64,000 bases of DNA from Candidatus Hydrogenedens sp. (lineage in GTDB: Bacteria; Hydrogenedentota; Hydrogenedentia; Hydrogenedentales; CAITNO01). This document shows, piece after piece, positions 47,816-56,285 of this stretch. Every line of letters begins with the position of its first letter. Position 1 is the first letter of the stretch. The position numbers and the translations under genes are program-made. The notes under the pieces were generated by a model that saw only the letters and a list, made by a program, of their open reading frames with translations, ran no database searches and was not told where the DNA came from. The DNA lies in the NCBI GenBank assembly GCA_012522755.1, contig JAAYJV010000048.1:80425-144424 (forward strand), given 5' to 3'.

Positions 47816-50800
47816 TCATGAAGCATTCTCCAAAATATTTTGCAACAGTGCTATTCGCTCAGCTCTTTTCGAACTTGCGTCTGTTGTCAGGGCAATTGCC
47901 AGAGATTTCAAATCAGAGGAAATGGTTTCCCGACTGTTTTCCAACCTGGCGAGTGCGCTTTGAATAGTGTCCAGTTTTTCCAGCCCTGTTATATAGCGGG
48001 CAATTTTCGGATATAAAAGGGGAAAACAATTCTCTTCAATAAAATCTCCTTTTGGGGGAGAAAGATCGATGAGTTCTTCCAAGCGCGCGGATATGAAAAG
48101 TTCACGCACTGCTTCTTCGTATGCAGCGGTGAGTATGGAAGAAATGTTTTCATTGTCCGGGTGATTGTTTTGAAGGTCCAGCCAGAAGTGAAAGCGATCG
48201 GGGGAGTCCCGGTTTAACTTTGTAGTTATATAAAGTGCTTGTGCAGCTTCGTGAGCACAGGAGCCTTCGAGAAGTGTGAGTAATCCATCTTCAGCTATCT
48301 GGTAATCACCAGCTCCTGTAAATTGTTGATGTGCCCTTAAAATAAGAGTGTCGCGGTTGTTGCCATACTCTGCGGCCAGAAGAAGTAATCTCGCCGCTTT
48401 GTCATGCCGCCCTTTTTCACTTGAATACCAGGCTTCTTTCTCCAGACGTTCAACGATGAAAACATGTTCTTGTGGGTGAAGCGCAGCCAAGTCCATGATT
48501 TGGTGTTTTGTTTCTTCAAAAGTCGTATTTTCAGATTCTATCACGGTGTGACAGATTATATTCTGGGGATCTGTCGGATCCAGTTTATAAGCTCTACGAT
48601 AAGCGTCTTTGGCAAGATCTTCTTTATCCAGCAGATCCAAAGCCAATGCGAGATAGCGAAGAAAAAGAGGCTCATCGGGAGTTGTATCGACAAGATACAG
48701 CCAGAAGGCGTATTTCTCCTCGGGAGATAAAAAGTCGTACATCAGAATATGAGCACCTGCAGCACTCGACTGATCTTCGGGAGAGAGACGAAGATATTTC
48801 TGATAAACTTCCAGAGCTTCCTTTTTTAAACCGGTTCTTTCATAGGCTTCGATGCGAAGGAGAGCCGACTGCGAATATTTTTCTGGTTCGAGGGCTTCCA
48901 TTGCATCAAGAGCAGCCAGACAATATTCTATTGGACCCTGATAAAGGTACAATTTTGCGATCAGTTCCAGAGTGTCCCAAAGCAACCTCTTGTTTTGAAA
49001 GTTTATTGCTTCGTCAGCCGATGTATTTCCCAGCGATTTTTCCTGCTGATTATGAATTATAAGATTTTGGACAGCTGGAAACTGCAACTGAGGCTCATCG
49101 GCCAGGATCACTTGCGCTTCAGAAAAAAGTACTGCTTCTGGTTTTTTATGAAATCGTTTGGCTGCTTCAGAAAATGCCGTATTGCGAAATTTCCGAGCTT
49201 CGGTGTGATAGTAATAGAGAGGATCTGGAAGACTGTCGGGACTGCAGTATAGTGGATTGGGAATTTTGTCATCCACGCAAGCAAAAGATATGAGGTGCGT
49301 AATTTCTTTCGGGAGCCGGATTTCATAAAGGCCTGAAAAATGTGGAGCCAGTTCTTTTGGAACAGCAATCCCTTTAAAGCTGTTCCGTGCAAAGGATACA
49401 GTGCCGTGCCATTCAGGTTTTAACAGTTCATAAACAGGAAAAAAATAACGCAATTTCTCTCCTGATTGTCGAACTTTGGGAAGACGGAGTAATTGTGAAA
49501 AATTGTTATCTAAAGTTGGTGCGCCATAGAGGTGCATCAGATGATTGAGGTCAGCAGTAGCCTCAAACTCAGCCATCAGATATTTTTCTCGTGAATGCCA
49601 TAGCTTTAATTCTTTATTGAAACATGCAGCCGCCAGCTTATACAGGCCCTTAAGTTCACTTGGGCTGCTGTCGGTCTCAGAAGACTCAAGCGAAAAGATA
49701 GTCCATCCCCAACAGTCTTCTTGTGAAACAGATAGTGGAGTTCTTGGCGCCTGAATGCAGTTTTCAATAATCGGGCGCAACTGTTGAGTTTGATGCCAGC
49801 GAAACATCCATAACGGCGGAAAAATTATAAAAAAGCAGGAAAGAAGTGTTCCCCAAAAAAAATAAGGATTTCTTTTCTGATCCAGGCTGACAGCAGCACT
49901 GGGGTTCTCTACTGACCATAGCTTCTTTATGAGGGCCTCCAGACAAAAGCAGAGCACAAGTAAAGAGGTAAATGAGAGATGAAAGCTGTGTCGGGAAGAG
50001 GCCTGGAGTGAGGTATATCCCAAGACATAAGATGTTGCCAGAAATAACCACAGCGCTTGCGCAGGAAATTGCCTGGCCAGAAGAATGAAAGCGGTAATGG
50101 CGAGCGGTACACCTGCGTAATGCATGGCAAAAGCAAAAGAACGATGGAGATCATAGATAAAATTGTGAGTTCTTGTCGGTTCTGAAAAAGAAGGTGGAAA
50201 GGCGCTGGAATATCTGAAGCTCTGACACACCGCAGCCCAGGCACGGGCAATAAGATCAGCCGGGTAGAGGAAGGCGGACTCCTGCAGCCATCGCTGTCCG
50301 ATAATCTCGGATTGCTTGTCGTTAGAAAAATCCGGCGTGCTCAGATCCGGGCTGCGATCCGCAAAGCTGTACAGCATGGCAAAAGTATAATAATCAGCAC
50401 CAGAGAGCACGGTGTAGTAAGGAGCTTCTTTCATACCCAAAAGATCCAGGCGATCTTTGGCAAAACCCTGTACAAGTGCGTGTTGTGGTTGAGCTGCTCC
50501 TTCCATGCGTTTCAGCAGAGGGGATGACAGGAGAAAAAAAAGGCTCAGATAGATAAGCAGAGGAAACAACCGTTTCCATCGTTCGGTATCCGGTTTGAGT
50601 AGAATCGGAAAAGTAAGCACACAAACACACAAGGGAAAAAGTACCAAGGTGTCCTGGCGAAAGCCCAGAGCAATACCATGGACTGTTCCCAATACTGCTG
50701 CAGCTATTATCTGAAACTGAAGGTGGGTACGCTTATTGAACAGCCAGAGCAAAATGCATAAAAGCGTTACCGTGAAAGGGGCTTTGCTGAAATCACGCAG

Positions 50801-51322
50801 ATCAGGAAGTACAGTCATTACGGCTGGTGAAACAATAAAAAAGAGTGTAGACAAAAGCGATAATATGCGGGAGAGAAAAAAGCGAAAAAGAAGGTATAAG
50901 GAAACAGCATACCATCCCAGCATGACTGAGATGACAATTTCCAGATGCGCCCAAGAAATACCGAAAATACGCCAGACAGCAGCCACCATATAGAGCAGAT
51001 AACGGTGGTATGCCGCAACAGCGGATGAAGTGGTTTCGATATCTGCAGGAAGAAGATCTTTGGAAAAAGTTTCCTGCTCTCCTTCCAAAAACTTGTGGAG
51101 TTCAGGGTAGAGAGACTGATCTGGAGAAAGAAAACCATGTCCACATGCCATCATTAATGCGGGACCGTATAGCTCTACAACGACAAAAACTGCTGACTTC
51201 CCATCCTCTCGCAGTGATTCAAAATGCACCAGGCCCACGGTAAGACCGTAAAGAAAAAGAAGAAGTATGCATAGCCATTCCTTAGGGTGATGTTTGCGGG
51301 CATTGTCTGTGTGTTTGCTCAT
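47816..51322 (-). CDS. Polytopic membrane-TPR fusion protein, paralog 6 (subfamily B)
   Basis: The start was set at the ATG at 51322 (MSKHTDNARK…) by analogy with paralog 4. The ORF track extends to a TTG at 51343. The product is about 1168 aa. Confidence 0.5.
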   Translation of the reverse strand: MSKHTDNARKHHPKEWLCILLLFLYGLTVGLVHFESLREDGKSAVFVVVELYGPALMMACGHGFLSPDQSLYPELHKFLEGEQETFSKDLLPADIETTSSAVAAYHRYLLYMVAAVWRIFGISWAHLEIVISVMLGWYAVSLYLLFRFFLSRILSLLSTLFFIVSPAVMTVLPDLRDFSKAPFTVTLLCILLWLFNKRTHLQFQIIAAAVLGTVHGIALGFRQDTLVLFPLCVCVLTFPILLKPDTERWKRLFPLLIYLSLFFLLSSPLLKRMEGAAQPQHALVQGFAKDRLDLLGMKEAPYYTVLSGADYYTFAMLYSFADRSPDLSTPDFSNDKQSEIIGQRWLQESAFLYPADLIARAWAAVCQSFRYSSAFPPSFSEPTRTHNFIYDLHRSFAFAMHYAGVPLAITAFILLARQFPAQALWLFLATSYVLGYTSLQASSRHSFHLSFTSLLVLCFCLEALIKKLWSVENPSAAVSLDQKRNPYFFWGTLLSCFFIIFPPLWMFRWHQTQQLRPIIENCIQAPRTPLSVSQEDCWGWTIFSLESSETDSSPSELKGLYKLAAACFNKELKLWHSREKYLMAEFEATADLNHLMHLYGAPTLDNNFSQLLRLPKVRQSGEKLRYFFPVYELLKPEWHGTVSFARNSFKGIAVPKELAPHFSGLYEIRLPKEITHLISFACVDDKIPNPLYCSPDSLPDPLYYYHTEARKFRNTAFSEAAKRFHKKPEAVLFSEAQVILADEPQLQFPAVQNLIIHNQQEKSLGNTSADEAINFQNKRLLWDTLELIAKLYLYQGPIEYCLAALDAMEALEPEKYSQSALLRIEAYERTGLKKEALEVYQKYLRLSPEDQSSAAGAHILMYDFLSPEEKYAFWLYLVDTTPDEPLFLRYLALALDLLDKEDLAKDAYRRAYKLDPTDPQNIICHTVIESENTTFEETKHQIMDLAALHPQEHVFIVERLEKEAWYSSEKGRHDKAARLLLLAAEYGNNRDTLILRAHQQFTGAGDYQIAEDGLLTLLEGSCAHEAAQALYITTKLNRDSPDRFHFWLDLQNNHPDNENISSILTAAYEEAVRELFISARLEELIDLSPPKGDFIEENCFPLLYPKIARYITGLEKLDTIQSALARLENSRETISSDLKSLAIALTTDASSKRAERIALLQNILENAS

Positions 51323-51367
51323 GAACTGAAATTCCAGCAGCAAAAAGTCTCATTATATATATGGGTT

Positions 51368-52948
51368 CTATTTTAACAGAGTTTCCAATAGGGGCCGAAG
51401 TGCATGGCCCATGAGCTTGATTTTTCTTTCAATCCCAGCCTCGTTAAGATCTCTGAAGTCCTGAAAAATGCTGAGATTGCCAGTTTCTGTTTTGTCTGCA
51501 GGAAAATAAAATATCCCGGAAGTATGTGCTTGGGATTCCAGAAGAGTATTGAAAACATGAATTAAACGGGCATAGCTTTCAATGGAGAAAGCGGGAAAGT
51601 CAAAAACCTCTTTTCCCAGCCAGTTGAAATAAGTGAGTTCCTGAGAGCTGAGCAGATCCGGATCGGGGCATGGTTGAGCAATGAGGACACAGGGAATATT
51701 TTTTTCCTTCAGCAATGCCAGAAAAAGATTCAGGTTAATACCGAGAGAGTGTTCCAGTGCTTCAAAAAAAGCGGAGGAGGAGGGAGCCAGGAGTTCGGGA
51801 AGAAACCATCGGGCTGCATGTGAAAAGGAAGGAAGAAAATTAATCCACCCCGTATGATAGAGATTCAGAAGGTCACTGCTACCGGGCTGGAAAAGTATCA
51901 GATCGGGATCCAGAGCCATATAGTCAAAAAAGCGCAACAGCTGTCCTGAACTGTCGATTCCTGAAATGCCGGCATTGAGTACTTCTATTTTCTGTTCCGG
52001 CAAAAGATCACGAAGATGCTCTTCCAATAGAGCCGGATAAGTGCTGTTGTTATCCTTTCCTTTCACGGTTGAATCGTCGCCTATGCAGAGAATACGAAAA
52101 GTTCCTTCAGGCTTGGGAATGTCTCTTTCCTGATCACGATAACCAAGACTGTTGGTTCTGAAATTGGAGGGAGCTTCAGCCTGATAATTTGCTTTATAGC
52201 GAAAACGGACTGTTTCAAAGGGCGAGGAGAAAAGATCGTTTTCTCTTTCCGAACGTTCAACTTTTTCCGGGTGCCTGGCAACAAAGAGATAGTCGTGGGC
52301 CCAGGCGGGACCGCTGCGAAGACCGGGAACACACCAGGCGGTAAAGACAGGGCTGTTGGCGACCTGTTCTGACCAGGGAAAAGAAAACTCCAGCGCTTTG
52401 TCCTTATCCCGCACTGATGCCAGAGCTTTATGGACTTTTTTCAAAATACCCGCATGATGCAAAAAAGCCAGCGTGATGGCACCTTGGTTCCCTTCAAAAT
52501 AAGGAGCATCTGTACCATAACAATGCCGGACAGTATTTTCAGCATTGAAGACGATTACTGTTTCCCGGGTCAGCCGCGCATAATATTCTCTGGCCTGCCC
52601 TGACCAGCTGCGGAAGTCGAGTCTGAGCTGCATCTGCTTTTCACCATCAGGATCCGGCTCAGCCAAAAAGGCTTCCATCAGTTGAAGCGTATCAGGATTC
52701 AACTTCAGATGTGATGGACTCTTCGGCTCGGACCATCCCTGAATTTCTGTATGCGAGAGGGTGAAATCAGGAACTTCATCAGCAACAGGCGGCTCCTCGC
52801 CGGCCAGAGCCGCTGCTATGAGCGGATTGTTCTTTTGCAGATGCCTCTCATAAAGATACCCCGCTCCTTCCAGAAGCAGGCCGATCCCTGACAAAAGTAT
52901 GAGCAGGTACAAAAGGAAGAGGCTGTATTTTTTTATGAAACGAAACAT
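51368..52948 (-). CDS. Membrane-anchored SGNH/GDSL-type hydrolase family protein
   Basis: The N-terminus has a TM anchor (YSLFLLYLLILLSGIGLLL). A C-terminal block I-like motif is 'FRILCIGDDSTVKG', and later motifs are '…EVLNAGISGIDS…' and '…LILFQPGSSDL…'. Confidence 0.5.
   Translation of the reverse strand: MFRFIKKYSLFLLYLLILLSGIGLLLEGAGYLYERHLQKNNPLIAAALAGEEPPVADEVPDFTLSHTEIQGWSEPKSPSHLKLNPDTLQLMEAFLAEPDPDGEKQMQLRLDFRSWSGQAREYYARLTRETVIVFNAENTVRHCYGTDAPYFEGNQGAITLAFLHHAGILKKVHKALASVRDKDKALEFSFPWSEQVANSPVFTAWCVPGLRSGPAWAHDYLFVARHPEKVERSERENDLFSSPFETVRFRYKANYQAEAPSNFRTNSLGYRDQERDIPKPEGTFRILCIGDDSTVKGKDNNSTYPALLEEHLRDLLPEQKIEVLNAGISGIDSSGQLLRFFDYMALDPDLILFQPGSSDLLNLYHTGWINFLPSFSHAARWFLPELLAPSSSAFFEALEHSLGINLNLFLALLKEKNIPCVLIAQPCPDPDLLSSQELTYFNWLGKEVFDFPAFSIESYARLIHVFNTLLESQAHTSGIFYFPADKTETGNLSIFQDFRDLNEAGIERKIKLMGHALRPLLETLLK
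51370..51379 (-). promoter_or_regulatory. Putative extended -10 element (TGTTAAAAT) of paralog 6; overlaps the stop codon of the upstream SGNH gene
   Basis: The coding-strand leader reads CTCTGTTAAAATAGAACCCATATATATAATGAGACTTTTTGCTGCTGGAATTTCAGTTCATG. Its TAG is the stop of the 51368-52948 CDS. Confidence 0.3.
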
Positions 52949-52994
52949 AAGAATCTTTCGCCACCTCTGAGCAGATCATCAGATGCTCCAGAGA

Positions 52995-53690
52995 TCATCC
53001 CCGGCGAAGCGATGCTTTGCCTTCATGAAGGGCAATCCATCGATCGGCCTGTTGCGCCATGCTCTCATCATGGGTGACCACAACAAAGGAAACATGTTTA
53101 TCCTGATTCAACTTCCAGAGGAGCTCCATGATTTCCCGGCCGGTATTTTCATCCAGATTTCCGGTAGGTTCATCACAAAGGAGCAGCTCCGGTTCGTTGA
53201 AAAGAGCTCTGGCAATGGCCACACGCTGCTGTTCGCCACCACTGAGCTGACCGGGCTTATGACTTCTGCGATCAGTCAGGCCCACTTGTTCGAGCAGTTC
53301 CGAGGCCCGTTCAAGACAGTGGCGTTTGTGTGCTCCTTTGTTCAGGGCGGGCATCATCACATTTTCCAGTGCGGTGAATTCGGGCAGGAGATGGTAAAAC
53401 TGAAATACAAAGCCGATATGCCTGTTGCGGATACGATTGACTTTTGCGGCACTCATGGTGGCCAGGCTCTCGCCCCGCAGGAAGAGTTCGCCTGAAGTGG
53501 GGGTATCCAGTGTGCCCATGATGTGGAGGAGCGTGCTTTTCCCGACGCCGGAAGGCCCGCTGATGGCGACAATCTCTCCTTCCGGTATTTCCAGTGAGAT
53601 GTCTTCCAGGATGACCAGCTCACGGGTTCCGTCGCGATAGCACTTGCGAAGATGGCGACATTCCAGGATGGGGGTGGAGCATTTATTCAT
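52995..53690 (-). CDS. lolD: Lipoprotein-releasing system ATP-binding protein LolD (MacB/FtsE-type ABC ATPase)
   Basis: The start was set at [18 protein letters not shown]. Walker A is GPSGVGKST and the signature is [15 protein letters not shown]. Walker B is [12 protein letters not shown] and the H-loop is VVVTHD. The gene overlaps the stop of the upstream permease gene by 8 nt. Confidence 0.8.
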   Translation of the reverse strand: MNKCSTPILECRHLRKCYRDGTRELVILEDISLEIPEGEIVAISGPSGVGKSTLLHIMGTLDTPTSGELFLRGESLATMSAAKVNRIRNRHIGFVFQFYHLLPEFTALENVMMPALNKGAHKRHCLERASELLEQVGLTDRRSHKPGQLSGGEQQRVAIARALFNEPELLLCDEPTGNLDENTGREIMELLWKLNQDKHVSFVVVTHDESMAQQADRWIALHEGKASLRRG

Positions 53691-54959
53691 AGCGCAGAGC
53701 ATCCACAGGGTTGAGACGGGCCGCACTCCAGGCCGGGTAGAGAGTGGAGATAAAAGTCAGCACTACAGCGGAGAGGGTGATCCAGACGATATCCAAGGCC
53801 ACAATGGCGACAGGAATTCCATCAAAATAATAGATGGTACTGTTGAAGAGATCCAGACCCAGCAATCCCGCGATAAATTCGGCCACGGCATTGATATTAT
53901 GGGCGAGAAGGACACCCAGAATAAGACCGATAAAGGTGCCGCTCAGGCCGATCATGAGCCCTTCGAGAATGAAGATGGACAGGATGGAGCGACTGCTGGA
54001 GCCCAGTGTCCGGAGAATGCCTATATCCCGCCGTTTTTCCATGACAATCATGATGAGTGTGCTGGTGATATTGAAAGCGGCCACGAGGACGATGAACACC
54101 AGAATGATGAACATGACCACTTTCTCCTGCTTGAGCGCTTCGAAAAAAGCCTCCTGACTCTGATACCAGGTCTCGGCTCTGTAGGGGAGCTTCTCTTCAA
54201 TGAGCCTGGCTACGGGATCGGCGATAAAAGCATCAGAGAGCCGCAGGTGAACGCCGTCCACGCCTTGTCGTCCCGTGAGCATTCTGGCTGTTTCTATATT
54301 GATGAAGGCATACAAATTGTCAAAGTCTGACATTTTCGCCTGGGAGATGCCGCTCACCCGCAGGAATACCTGATTGCCCGGTCGCATGCCGAAGGGGGTG
54401 ACCGTGGGTTTATCGGTCATGACGGCGATTTCCGTGCCCACCCGGGCGGCCAGTCGATGAGCGAGGCGGAAACCGAGTACGATCTCCTTGTCACCGGGCA
54501 AGGTGCCTTCACCGAAAGTGCGTCCGCCGTTTCGGGTCAGATTCTGGGCAAGATCGGTTACACCCGACTCCAACTCCGGGTCGATGCCCAGCAGAAAAGC
54601 GCCGGTTGTATATTTATTTCGTTTGATGAGTGCTTCCGTCTGGATGATTGGCCCTACGCCGAGGATGTCAGGACTCAAGGTGGTGAGTTCTTCAATGACC
54701 TCCTCCACATTGTCCATGGGCCGGCCCATGGGATTGGCAACAGTGAGGTGCGCCCGGTTACCGATGATGGTCTCACGAAGGGCATTGTCAAAGCCGGTCA
54801 TGACACTCATGACCACGATAAGGGCTGTAACCCCGACACTTACCCCTGCGATGGAGATGATGGTAATGAGGCTGATGAAGCGGGTACGACGTTTGCCCCG
54901 CAGATATCGGGCTGCTACGAAACTTTCAAAGCGCACGGCTGAGATCTTTCTCAATATCA
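53683..54959 (-). CDS. Lipoprotein-releasing system permease, LolC/LolE family (FtsX-like with MacB-type periplasmic domain)
   Basis: The N-terminus '…FESFVAARYLRGKRRTRFISLITIISIAGVSVGVTALIVVMSVMTGF' matches the LolC/E start. Four TM helices with a large periplasmic loop are predicted. No ATG fits, so the likely start is the TTG at 54959. Confidence 0.75.
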
Positions 54960-55624
54960 AGGAGGAGTTCTTTGAAGGGTCTGTCCCTCAGGTTGTCCAC
55001 ACGCCGTTGATAGCCCTTGAGTGCGGCTGCACGGGTGACCTGGTTGGGCACTGCTATGCAGTATATATCAGCTGCGACGGCTGCTGCAATGCCCTGAGGT
55101 GAATCTTCAAGCGTACAGGCCTGATCCGCCTGCACGCCCATGCGCTCCAGAGCAAGTTCATAGACGTCCGGAGCAGGTTTTACAGCTTCCACTTCATTGC
55201 CACAGCAGAGGGTATCAAAATAGGAAAGCAGTTGTAATCGTTCCAGATTGCTCTCCACCCATTCACGATTGGAGCTGGATACAATGGCCAGAGGCAGTCC
55301 GATGGATTTAACCGCCTTCAGGGCTTCTGCAATACCGGGGAGGGGGTCCAGTGTGGCCGCTTGCTCAAAAAACCAGGCACGCCGTTCGTCATTGACCTCT
55401 TCCCGGTTGAGCGTTATACCCGCCTCCTTTTCAATATGCGTGATGGGATCAAAAAGATGGTATTGATAGCCTCCAGCATTGGCGGCCCATTCTTTTAAAG
55501 GGAAAGAACAACCGTGACTTTCAGCCACGTGGCACCAGGACTTGAAAAGCATGGTTTCCGTATCAAGAATAACTCCGTCAAAATCGAAAAAGACAGCACG
55601 TAAAGAGGAAAAATTGTTCGTCAT
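54926..55624 (-). CDS. HAD-superfamily hydrolase
   Basis: The start was set at MTNNFSSLRAVFFDFDGVILDTE (DxDGV motif I). A 1-nt gap separates it from the eda stop. Confidence 0.7.
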   Translation of the reverse strand: MTNNFSSLRAVFFDFDGVILDTETMLFKSWCHVAESHGCSFPLKEWAANAGGYQYHLFDPITHIEKEAGITLNREEVNDERRAWFFEQAATLDPLPGIAEALKAVKSIGLPLAIVSSSNREWVESNLERLQLLSYFDTLCCGNEVEAVKPAPDVYELALERMGVQADQACTLEDSPQGIAAAVAADIYCIAVPNQVTRAAALKGYQRRVDNLRDRPFKELLLDIEKDLSRAL

Positions 55625-55625
55625 A

Positions 55626-56285
55626 TCAAGACCGTAATGCCAGCCGGGCTTCAGCCAGAGCTTCCACATAGCGGCGGGCATTGTCCGTCAATCCTTTATA
55701 GTCTTTGGCTTCAATCAGTTTTTTACTGACCAGATTGCCACCGGCGCCGATGAGGGTGACACCGGCTTTCACAAAATCGGCCAGATTGTTCAGATCCACG
55801 CCCCCTGTGGGAATGAGCGGGATCTGGGGGAGAGGCGCACGGATGGCTTTGATATAGTCCAGCCCGCCGCAACTGGCCGGAAAGACCTTGATGATATCCC
55901 CGCCCAGCAGCCAGGCATTGTAAATCTCCGTGGGTGTGTAAGCACCGGGCATGCAGGGCTTCCCATAGCGATGGGCCATATCAATGATCTCCGCCGAGGT
56001 GATGGGGCTGGCCACATACTGGGCACCGGCAAGAATAGCCAGCCTGGCCGTGGCTCCGTCCAACACACTGCCCACGCCCAGTGAAACATCCGCTCCCGCC
56101 AGTGATTTGGATGCGGAAGTGAGGCATTCCAGTGCGCCCGGCGTGGTCATGGTCACCTCTATGCAGCGAACGCCGCCTTCCATGATGGCTTCAACGATAC
56201 GGGTCAGTCCGTCCGCACTGTCGGCGCGGACAACAGCCACGATACCATGTTTTACCAGATAATTGTGGATGGCCAGTTTATCCAT
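55626..56285 (-). CDS. eda: KDPG/KHG aldolase (2-dehydro-3-deoxyphosphogluconate / 4-hydroxy-2-oxoglutarate aldolase)
   Basis: The product is 219 aa. '…GGVRCIEVTMTTPGALE…' and a C-terminal '…VTLIGAGG…' segment resemble the Eda family. Call is by family resemblance; the Schiff-base Lys was not located. Confidence 0.7.
   Translation of the reverse strand: MDKLAIHNYLVKHGIVAVVRADSADGLTRIVEAIMEGGVRCIEVTMTTPGALECLTSASKSLAGADVSLGVGSVLDGATARLAILAGAQYVASPITSAEIIDMAHRYGKPCMPGAYTPTEIYNAWLLGGDIIKVFPASCGGLDYIKAIRAPLPQIPLIPTGGVDLNNLADFVKAGVTLIGAGGNLVSKKLIEAKDYKGLTDNARRYVEALAEARLALRS

Noticed and set aside
26947-51343. The regularly spaced 3.5-kb repeat structure considered as a CRISPR array, mobile-element array or rRNA-like repeat
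   Set aside because: The units are full-length, divergent protein-coding genes with individual promoters. There are no short direct repeats or spacers, no transposase or integrase, and no flanking inverted repeats.
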